A stretch of DNA of 64,000 bases from Streptosporangiales bacterium. GTDB lineage: Bacteria > Actinomycetota > Actinomycetes > Streptosporangiales > WHST01. The position numbers and the translations under genes were made by a program. Shown here piece after piece: positions 54,339 through 62,078 of the stretch. The stretch lies in the NCBI GenBank assembly GCA_009379955.1, contig WHST01000013.1, positions 8,941-72,940 on the forward strand, read 5' to 3'. A model generated the notes under the pieces. The model did not search any database. It was not told the origin of the DNA and was given only the letters and a program-made list of their open reading frames with translations. Each line of letters begins with the position of its first letter. Positions within the stretch are counted from its first letter, which is position 1.

Positions 54339-54680
54339 TCAAGTGCTCGCGGCGACCGCCTCATCGACGGTCTTGTGCAGCGGGAAGACCTTGGTCAGGC
54401 CCGTGACGCGGAAGATCTTGAGGATCCTGTCCTGCGTGCACACCAGGCGCAGCGTGCCGTCGTGGGCGCGTACCCGCTTGAGCCCGCCGACGAGGACGCC
54501 GAGGCCGGTGGAGTCGAGGAACTCGACGCGCTCCATGTCGACGACGATGTGGTAGGTGCCGTGGGCCACCAGGTCGATGAACACCTCGCGGAGCTTCGGT
54601 GCCGTGTAGACGTCGACCTCCCCCGCGACCTCCACCACGGTGCGGTCGTCCACGACACGGGTGGTCAGCGACAGGTCCAC
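54339..54680 (-). CDS. STAS-domain anti-sigma-factor antagonist (BldG/RsbV-like)
   Basis: Start set at the GTG at 54680 after GGAGGA, giving 113 aa. Contains [10 protein letters not shown]...[28 protein letters not shown]...LRLVC...[15 protein letters not shown]. Confidence 0.85.
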   Translation of the reverse strand: MDLSLTTRVVDDRTVVEVAGEVDVYTAPKLREVFIDLVAHGTYHIVVDMERVEFLDSTGLGVLVGGLKRVRAHDGTLRLVCTQDRILKIFRVTGLTKVFPLHKTVDEAVAAST

Positions 54681-54843
54681 GGGTCCTCCGTCGTCTCTGC
54701 GGGAGCCTTCACGGCATTCAACCACGCGCCCGACCACGCAGCCGCACCCGTGAGGGGCACTCCGACCGGGTCAGGTCACGGTGAGGGTGCCCCTCACCGG
54801 CGCGATCGCGGCTGTCGGTCGCGGCGAGGACAATGGGGGCAGC

Positions 54844-57184
54844 GTGAACGAAGCCACCCGTACCCGAGACCCCGCGGCCCTGCTCGAGCAGCTCGCCGGT
54901 CGACGCGGCACCCCCGACCAGCCCGTGCTGACGCACGTCGAGCAGGTCGCCGCACGCGGTGGCGACGTGACGGACTGGCCCGCCTGGCTGCCACCCACGC
55001 TGCACGACGCGATCGCCGAGCTGGGCATCGAGGCGCCGTGGCGCCACCAGGTCGAGGCGGCGGAGCACGCCCGCGCCGACCGATCCGTGGTGGTGGCGAC
55101 GGGCACGGCATCGGGCAAGTCGCTCGCGTACCTGATGCCCGTGCTCACCGCCGTGGCGGACGACGACGCGACGGCGCTCTACCTCGCGCCGACGAAGGCC
55201 CTCGCCCGCGACCAGCTGCGCGCGATGCTCGCGCTCGACGTGCCCGGCATGCATCCCGCGGTCTACGACGGCGACACCGAACCCGAGGAACGGCAATGGG
55301 TCCGGCGGCACGCGGACTACGTGCTCACCAACCCCGACATGCTGCACCACAGCATGCTGGCGCGCCACGAGCAGTGGAGCTCCTACCTGCGCCGGCTGCG
55401 CTACGTCGTCGTCGACGAGTGCCACCACTACCGCGGCGTGTTCGGCTCGCACGTTGCGCAGGTGCTGCGCAGGCTGCGCCGGGTCTGCGCCCGGTACGGC
55501 AGCACGCCGTCGTTCGTGCTCGCCTCCGCGACGGTGTCGGCACCGGAACGGGCGGCCGAGCGCCTCACCGGCCTGCCCGTCGTCGCGGTGACCGACGACA
55601 CGTCGCCGCGTGGCTCGACCGCGTTCGCGCTGTGGGAGCCGCCGCTCACCGACCTCACCGGCGAGCACGGTGCGCCCGTCCGCAGGAGCGCGAACGCCGA
55701 GGCGGCCGACCTGCTCGCCGATCTCGTCTGCGCGCACGTGCGCACACTGGCGTTCGTCAGGTCGCGCCGCTCGGCCGAGGTCATCGCGGTCGAGGCCCGC
55801 CGCCACGTGGCCGCCGCGGTGCCCGAGCTCGGCCCGCGGGTCGCCGCGTACCGCGGCGGCTACCTGCCCGACGAGCGCCGCGAGCTGGAGCGCCGGCTGG
55901 CGTCCGGGTCGCTGCTGGGAATGGCCACCACCAACGCGCTCGAGCTGGGCATCGACATCAGCGGGCTCGACGCCGTCCTCGTCGTCGGCTGGCCGGGCAC
56001 GCGCGCGTCGTTGTGGCAGCAGGTCGGCCGTGCGGGACGCGGCGGCCGGCACGCCCTGGCGATCCTCGTCGCGCGGGACGACCCGCTCGACACGTACCTC
56101 GTCCACCATCCCGAGGCGCTCTTCGGGCAGCCGGTCGAGGAGACCGTCCTCGATCCGGACAACCCGTACGTCCTCGCGCCGCACCTGTGCTCCGCGGCCG
56201 CCGAACGCCCGCTCACCGACGACGACCTCGTCCTGTTCGGGCCGGCGGCGCCCGCCGTCGTCGAGGAGCTCGAACGCGACGGGCACCTGCGGCGCCGCAG
56301 GGCCGGGTGGTTCTGGACCGGTCACGGCAGGCCACACGACCTCGCCGACCTGCGCGGTGCGGGCGGGCCGCCGGTGAGCCTGGTCGAGGAGACGACAGGG
56401 CGCCTGCTCGGCACGGTCGACGCCGCGACCGCGCCCGCGCAGGTGCACGACGGCGCGGTGTACCTGCACCAGGGCGAGACATACCTCGTGCGGCAGCTCG
56501 ACCTCGACGACGCGGTCGCGTTCGTCGAGCGGGCCGAGCCCGACTACACCACGATGGCACGCGAGACGACCGACATCGCGATCATCGGAGTCGGCGAGCG
56601 CACGTCCTGGGGCGACGCGGAGCTGTGCGTCGGCACGGTCGAGGTGACCCAGCAGGTGACCGGGTTCCTGCGCCGCAGGCTCCCGACCGGCGAGGTGATC
56701 GGCGAGGAACCGCTCGACCTGCCGCCTCGCATGCTCCGGACGCGCGGTGTGGTGGAGCATGCCCGCGTCGGCGATCGAGGCCGGCGGCATCGCGGCGGCC
56801 GACCTCCCCGGCGCCGCGCACGCCGCGGAGCACGCCTCGATCGGCCTGCTGCCGCTGTTCGCCACCTGCGACCGGTGGGACATCGGCGGCGTCTCGACCG
56901 CGCTGCACGAGGACACCGGGAGGCCGACGGTGTTCGTGTACGACGGACACGCGGGCGGCGCGGGCTTCGCCGAACGCGGCTACGCCGCGGCCGGCGACTG
57001 GTTGCGCGCGACGCGGGAGGCCATCGCGTCGTGCGGATGCGAGACCGGCTGCCCGTCCTGCGTACAGTCACCCAAATGCGGCAACGGTAACGAGCCTCTC
57101 CACAAGCGGGCGGCGGTTCGCCTGCTCGACCTGCTGCTCGCCGGGCACACTTCTCGTGACCGCTCCGCACCCGACGGCATGTGA
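54844..57184 (+). pseudogene. DEAD/DEAH-box helicase with C-terminal MrfA/DUF1998 Zn-ribbon domain, interrupted by a 1-nt frameshift
   Basis: Motifs ATGTASGKS, DECH (VVVDECHHY) and SAT lie in the frame of 54781..57090. The C-terminal part WWSMPASAIE...CGCETGCPSCVQSPKCGNGNEPL lies in the frame of 56747..57184. 2341 nt is one nt too many for a single frame. The junction is at about 56738-56746. The start (GTG at 54844 or 54781) is uncertain. Confidence 0.8.
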
Positions 57185-57513
57185 AAGGCAGACCCGCGAT
57201 GGTCGTGCTCGGGCTCATCTTCGTCGTCCTGGCGATCGCGTGCGGTGTGGGCGTCCTGCTCGGCAACGGGAACGCGGTGTCGCCGGAGTGGTACGGCCTG
57301 ACGCTCGACGGCTTCAGCGTGCTGTCGGTCTACGTGGCGGGACTCGTCACCATGCTCGTGCTGCTGCTCGGTGTGTGGCTGATGCGACGAGGCGTCCGCA
57401 GGACCGTGCACGCCCGCAGGACGCGTGGCGGCTCAGCGCCGGCGCGATCTCGCGCGGTGAGCGCCGGCGGCGACGACCCGGCCGAAGACGCCGCGCCGCA
57501 GCCCCGCACGTGA
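57181..57513 (+). CDS. hypothetical small membrane protein
   Basis: 110-aa ORF. Its GTG overlaps the helicase stop (ATGTGA). Two hydrophobic helices. The 3' end overlaps a convergent gene by 81 nt. Confidence 0.4.
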   Translation: MKGRPAMVVLGLIFVVLAIACGVGVLLGNGNAVSPEWYGLTLDGFSVLSVYVAGLVTMLVLLLGVWLMRRGVRRTVHARRTRGGSAPARSRAVSAGGDDPAEDAAPQPRT

Positions 57514-58593
57514 CCAGAGCACCACGTGGCCGCCGACGAGAAGGAGCACGAGACCCATGGCGACGGGCACGGCCACGTCACCGCGCAGGTTGCCGTAGGC
57601 GAGCGGCTCGATGGCCCGGTTCTTGGCCGCCGTGCGCTCGGTGGTCACCGGCGCGACCTTGGGGCGCACGCCGAACGACGGGTACGGGTTGCTGGACGGC
57701 AGGCCGTCGTCGGGCCAGCTCGCTCCCGGCACCTGGCCGCCGGGCCCGAGCTCGGGCGTGGGGAACGCGCCTTCGCGTCCACCACCTGTCGATGATCCAC
57801 CGCGACCGGGGACCTGCCCGGCCGTCGAGCGCTCCCGCGCGGCGGTAGGAACCTCGACGGAGTCCTTGGCCGTGCCCGAGGAGAGGCCACCACCTGGCGC
57901 CTGCCGCGTCGCGGCCACCCCGACGGCGGTGCGGCCGCCGGACGCCGGCGCCGTGAGCGTCGCCGAGCACGAGCTGCCGTCGCACGCCTCACCGACGCCG
58001 ACCTTCTCGGCGCGGTCGCCGACGGCGACGGTGTACGAGGTGAGGTCGGGTTCGGCGCCCTTGCGCCAGTCGACCTTCACCTTGCGGGACGAGACCGCGT
58101 CGGCGTCGACGCCCTTCGGCGTCGCCGGCGGCGCCTTGACCACGAACGACGACTCCGACCCGCTGCCGAGCACGAGGACGTTCGCACCGAAGGTGACGGT
58201 CCACCTGCCGTTGCGCGCCGGGGTCTGGCGACCGTCCTCGACGCACGAGCCGTCGAAGTCGGGGCACGAGAGCGAGAGGGTGTAGGAAAGGGTCTTGGGG
58301 CCGTCGCCCTTCGCCACGGTGACCGGCTTGCTGCCACCGGGTGGGGTCAGGCCGAGCTTGCCGTGCTCGAGCAGCCCGAGCTTGACGCTGATGGTCACCT
58401 CGTCGGAGCGGGAGGTGAGGGTGGAGTCGGACACCGAGATGCGTCCCGCCTCCGCCGGCGCGGCGGTGATCACGCTGCCGACGAGGACGGCCGTGGCCGC
58501 CACCGGCAGCACGACGCATGCCGCAGCCAGCCTGGCGCGCCAGGTGCGCCCCCCACGCCCTACGAACACGTCCGGTCCTCCCGCTGGGTGCAT
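57433..58593 (-). CDS. secreted, C-terminally anchored protein with FN3-like segment (hypothetical)
   Basis: Trimmed to the ATG at 58593. Signal-like LAAACVVLPVAATAVLVGSVITAAPAEA. FN3-like segment PKGVDADAVSSRKVKVDWRKGAEPDLTSYTV. C-terminal TM VAVPVAMGLVLLLVGGHVVLW. Confidence 0.55.
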   Translation of the reverse strand: MHPAGGPDVFVGRGGRTWRARLAAACVVLPVAATAVLVGSVITAAPAEAGRISVSDSTLTSRSDEVTISVKLGLLEHGKLGLTPPGGSKPVTVAKGDGPKTLSYTLSLSCPDFDGSCVEDGRQTPARNGRWTVTFGANVLVLGSGSESSFVVKAPPATPKGVDADAVSSRKVKVDWRKGAEPDLTSYTVAVGDRAEKVGVGEACDGSSCSATLTAPASGGRTAVGVAATRQAPGGGLSSGTAKDSVEVPTAARERSTAGQVPGRGGSSTGGGREGAFPTPELGPGGQVPGASWPDDGLPSSNPYPSFGVRPKVAPVTTERTAAKNRAIEPLAYGNLRGDVAVPVAMGLVLLLVGGHVVLWSRAGLRRGVFGRVVAAGAHRARSRRR

Positions 58594-58710
58594 GGCGTTC
58601 GTCGTGGGCAACGACGCCGTGTGCGGCAGGTTACGCCACAGTAGCCATGGCGCGGATGCCGTGAGGTGCTGTGTCACATCCGAAATCACGCATCGTGAGG
58701 AGTGGTAACG

Positions 58711-59079
58711 ATGATCACCGGCGTTCACGGACTCATCTACACCGAGGACACCGAGGGCGTGCGTGCGTTCTTCCGCGACGTGCTGGGCTTCGCCCATGTC
58801 GACGCGGGAGACGGGTGGCTGATCTTCGCGCTGCCGCCTGCCGAGCTCGGCGTGCATCCGAGCGGGGGCAACGGCGTCGGCAGCGGCGGGCACCAGCTCT
58901 TCCTGATGTGCGACGACATCGCGGCGACCGTCGCGGAGCTCGAGGGCCGGGGGGTGACCTTCGCCCAACCACCGACCGACGAGGGCTTCGGCATCGTGGC
59001 CGTCATGCGGATCCCCGGTGACGGCACCCTCGGCATCTACCAACCCCATCATCCGACGGCACTCGGCCTCACCCCCTGA
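58711..59079 (+). CDS. VOC/glyoxalase-bleomycin-resistance family protein
   Basis: ATG at 58711 after GAGGAG. Begins MITGVHGLIYTEDTEGVRAFFRDVLGF... Confidence 0.8.
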   Translation: MITGVHGLIYTEDTEGVRAFFRDVLGFAHVDAGDGWLIFALPPAELGVHPSGGNGVGSGGHQLFLMCDDIAATVAELEGRGVTFAQPPTDEGFGIVAVMRIPGDGTLGIYQPHHPTALGLTP

Positions 59080-59082
59080 CCC

Positions 59083-59505
59083 GTGCGCATCGACACGGCC
59101 GAGGCACGCCGCCGGTTCGCCGCCGCCCGGGTGGCCCGACTCGCCTCGGCGGACCCGGACGGACGGCCGCACCTCGTGCCGGTCACCTTCGTGCTCGACG
59201 GTGACCGGCTGCTGCACGTCGTCGACGAGAAGCCGAAGCGGAGCAGGGACCTGCGGCGGGTGCGCAACCTCCGCGCCGACCCGCGGGCCGGCATGCTCGC
59301 CGACCACTACGACGACGACTGGTCGCACCTGTGGTGGGTGCGTGCCGACGGCGAGGCGACCGTGTCCGACGACGGGGAGCAGATCGCGCGGGCGGTGGAC
59401 CTGCTGGCGGCCAAGTACCCGCAGTACCACGAGCAGCGGGTGTTCGGCCCGCTCGTGGCGCTCACGGTGCACCGATGGACCGGCTGGGCGGCGGCGCATC
59501 AGTAG
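59083..59505 (+). CDS. PPOX-class (pyridoxamine 5'-phosphate oxidase-like) probable F420-dependent enzyme
   Basis: 140-aa ORF with ARLASADPDGRPHLVPVTF...DDDWSHLWWVRADG. Confidence 0.75.
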   Translation: MRIDTAEARRRFAAARVARLASADPDGRPHLVPVTFVLDGDRLLHVVDEKPKRSRDLRRVRNLRADPRAGMLADHYDDDWSHLWWVRADGEATVSDDGEQIARAVDLLAAKYPQYHEQRVFGPLVALTVHRWTGWAAAHQ

Positions 59506-60287
59506 ACCGAGACGTGGACGTGGTCGAGGTGGCGCAGCGTCGGGTTCGACGTGTCACCGCTCGGGTGGCGGTACGCGTGCCAGCCACGCCCTGGCGTCCA
59601 GATGCGGTCGCGGTAGATCACGTACTTCACGTGCAACGGTCGCGCGTTGCCGACGACCCAGGAGGCGAGGCGCCAGCCCTTCGCGACCCGGGCCGGGCTC
59701 CGCCAGGGCGTGATCATCACGTCGACCGCCCGCCCCGAGTAGTGGTCGCTGCCTGCGATGTGACCGCTGCTGCAGCCACCTGGGCAGTACCCACCGATGT
59801 CCGACTCACCGAACTCGGACCGGATCAGGTCGCGGACCCGGCGTGCGCGGGGCGTGAGCCCGTCGGCGCCCATCGGTCCGGCACCGGCGTCACCCTCGAC
59901 CGTCGACGCGACGGCGAACGGGCCGCCGACGGTCCCGGGCACGGCCCGTGCCCTCGCTCGCGCGTCGCCGAGCCGAGTCAACGCGCCGCCGAGTCGCACC
60001 CGCGTCGAGATGTCGGCGACGCCGTTGGACGTCAGGCAGCCGGTGAGCCGGGCGCCGTTGCGCCGTGCCACCTCGGCGGCCGTCCGGCACGGCTCGCCGG
60101 CCTTGCCCGTCCACAGGCGGTCGGCCGCCGCCAGTGCGGCGAGGTCGGCCGCCGCCGAGGCGCGGTGCCGCGCGGTCGCCGCCGAGCCGTACAGGCCGAC
60201 GACCACGGCGACGGCGAGGACCACCGCACCCATCGCGAGCACCCAGATCGACGCGGCGCCGCGTTCCCGGTCGGGTCGCCGAGTCAC
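59499..60287 (-). CDS. TadE-like (Rv3654c-type) pilus-associated protein fused to a C-terminal LAS/M15-like metallohydrolase-type domain
   Basis: The GTG at 60287 overlaps the upstream stop (GTGA). N-terminal TM IWVLAMGAVVLAVAVVV followed by AAADLAALAAAD. The C-terminal part carries SDHYSGRAVDV and HLDHVHVSV, in one uninterrupted frame. Confidence 0.6.
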   Translation of the reverse strand: MTRRPDRERGAASIWVLAMGAVVLAVAVVVGLYGSAATARHRASAAADLAALAAADRLWTGKAGEPCRTAAEVARRNGARLTGCLTSNGVADISTRVRLGGALTRLGDARARARAVPGTVGGPFAVASTVEGDAGAGPMGADGLTPRARRVRDLIRSEFGESDIGGYCPGGCSSGHIAGSDHYSGRAVDVMITPWRSPARVAKGWRLASWVVGNARPLHVKYVIYRDRIWTPGRGWHAYRHPSGDTSNPTLRHLDHVHVSVY

Positions 60288-60661
60288 GGCACGCCACCCG
60301 TCGTGGTCGCGTCGTCCTCGACCGCGGCGACCGAGCGCGAGGTCACCCGCATCGCCCGCAGCCCGGCGACCCGCACCGACGCCGCGCACCGCACCTCCGC
60401 CATGCCGTCGTCGCGCGCGACGTCGATCGCGGCGCCGCGGGGAGCGGCCGTGGCGGCGGCGGCCACGACCGCGGTCATCGGCTCGCCACGCGCCAGTGCC
60501 CGCGCGGCCGACCTCGTCGCGTCGTGACATCGCAGCGATGCGCTCGCGGAGGCGATGACCAGCAGGCCGCAGGCGACGAGCACGAGCAGCGACGGCAGCG
60601 CCACCGCGAGCTCGGCCGTGTAGGCGCCGCGTGTGCGCCGGTGCCGATCGGTGCGGCTCAC
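60284..60661 (-). CDS. TadE/TadG-like pseudopilin family protein
   Basis: 125-aa ORF with N-terminal GAYTAELAVALPSLLVLVACGLLV. GTGA overlap with the upstream pilin stop. Confidence 0.75.
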   Translation of the reverse strand: MSRTDRHRRTRGAYTAELAVALPSLLVLVACGLLVIASASASLRCHDATRSAARALARGEPMTAVVAAAATAAPRGAAIDVARDDGMAEVRCAASVRVAGLRAMRVTSRSVAAVEDDATTTGGVP

Positions 60662-60849
60662 GGGGTCACCTGCATGATCAGCCAGCCCTCACGGACGATC
60701 TGGTCGAGCAACTGGTAGACCCGCTGACTGGTCAGCACCTTGACCAGGCAGGTGCCGAAGCCCACCGTGGCGACGCAGCCGACGACGTACTCGGCGGTGG
60801 TCATGCCGTCGTCGGAGCCGGCCCCGGGCGGCATCCGCAGGTTCTTCAT
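60658..60849 (-). CDS. Flp-like pilin (DUF4244/Rv3656c-type)
   Basis: 63-aa ORF after GGAGG. Processing-type motif G/MTTAEYVVG followed by a hydrophobic helix. Confidence 0.7.
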   Translation of the reverse strand: MKNLRMPPGAGSDDGMTTAEYVVGCVATVGFGTCLVKVLTSQRVYQLLDQIVREGWLIMQVTP

Positions 60850-60983
60850 GTCGACCTCCGGAAGGAATGCCGGCTGTCGGCCGGCCCGAGATCCCGCCCA
60901 CTCGCGGGATCACCTCGTACGTCGGCACCGGGGCCCGGCGTCTGTAGCCCACCGGCGGGATCTGGGGACAACGCGAACGCGCC

Positions 60984-61011
60984 GGTGCCCCCGGCGTCGA
61001 CCGGGGGCACC
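60984..61011 (-). terminator. GC-rich hairpin between the two pilin genes (attenuator/terminator-like)
   Basis: GGTGCCCCCGG (60984-60994), 6-nt loop, CCGGGGGCACC (61001-61011). Begins about 20 nt downstream of the pilin-2 stop. Confidence 0.4.
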
Positions 61012-61030
61012 GACACGAGGTGGACACGAC

Positions 61031-61237
61031 TCACACGAAGGCTTCGACGGCCTTCTGGATGATCGTCCAGATGAGCTCCTGCACCTCTGGAGAGGTCAGC
61101 AGCTTGTAGAGGATGCCGGCGAGACCGACGGCGGCGACCGTGCCGACGGCGTACTCTGCCGTCGTCATGCCCGAGTCGCCGCGAGCACGCCGACGGCGAG
61201 TCGGCAGCGCACGGGCAGGGCGGGGAACCGGAAGCAT
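61031..61237 (-). CDS. Flp-like pilin (DUF4244/Rv3656c-type), second copy
   Basis: Trimmed to the ATG at 61237 after GGGAGG. 68 aa with motif G/MTTAEYAVGTVAAVGLAGIL. Confidence 0.7.
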   Translation of the reverse strand: MLPVPRPARALPTRRRRARGDSGMTTAEYAVGTVAAVGLAGILYKLLTSPEVQELIWTIIQKAVEAFV

Positions 61238-61361
61238 GGTACCTCCCGAAAGAGCCGACGACCGGTCGGTGCGGGATGCTCGGAGACGCCGAGCCTCACC
61301 CCATGAGTCGGCACGAGCACGGCCGATCCGCAGTCCCACCAACCGATCTGGGGATGCCGCA

Positions 61362-61823
61362 TTGACCACGTATCCCGCCGCCACGGACGACGACCGCCGG
61401 CTGCTGCGCACGGCGATCGAGCTGTCACGTCGGTGTCCGGCGTCGGATACCGCGTTCTCCGTCGGCGCGGTCGTGGTCGGCGCGACCGGCGAGGTGCTCG
61501 GCACCGGCTACTCGAGGGAGACCGACGCCCACGTCCACGCCGAGGAGGCCGCGCTGGCGAAACTCGGCACGGTGGACGTCGCGGGCGCGACGATCTACAG
61601 CTCGCTCGAACCCTGCGGCGCCCGCGCGTCGCGGCCCACCTCCTGCGCCTCGCTCATCGCGGCGAGCGGCATCCGGCGGGTGGTCTTCGCGCTGCGCGAG
61701 CCGTCCCTCTTCGTCGAGGGGTGTGGCGCCGAGCTGCTGGTCGACGCGGGCGTGGAGGTCGTCGAGCTGGCCGAGCTCGGCGGCGAGGTGCGCGAGGTGA
61801 ACGGTCACCTGTTCGGCGCGTGA
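61362..61823 (+). CDS. cytidine/deoxycytidylate deaminase-fold (RibD-N/nucleoside deaminase-like) protein
   Basis: Zinc motifs HAEEAAL and EPCGARASRPTSC. The start (TTG at 61362) is tentative. Confidence 0.65.
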   Translation: MTTYPAATDDDRRLLRTAIELSRRCPASDTAFSVGAVVVGATGEVLGTGYSRETDAHVHAEEAALAKLGTVDVAGATIYSSLEPCGARASRPTSCASLIAASGIRRVVFALREPSLFVEGCGAELLVDAGVEVVELAELGGEVREVNGHLFGA

Positions 61824-62078
61824 GGACGTCACGACGGCCGGCGTCACGATCCGCGCACGGATGCCGACAGTACGTAACCGCCCGGCCCGGCGCGCACGCT
61901 CGGTCGGTGACGGTCCCGCTGAGCGGCCCGGCGATCGCGAACGGCAGGACATGCCCACCACCCGGTCGGCACCATGAGGCGATGATCCCGGTCGCGCGAC
62001 GGGGCGTGCCGTGGGTCAGTGCCAGCTGCCTCCGGCGGTCTGGCGACAAAGGGGTGAGTGGCCGTGGGCGAGACGAGG

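Noticed and set aside
54375-57848. 1157-aa plus-strand ORF, the longest in the track
   Set aside because: Its composition is extremely Arg/Pro/Ala/Gly-rich and it has no recognisable motifs. It runs out of frame over the helicase gene and antisense to the STAS gene. This is the typical high-GC shadow ORF.
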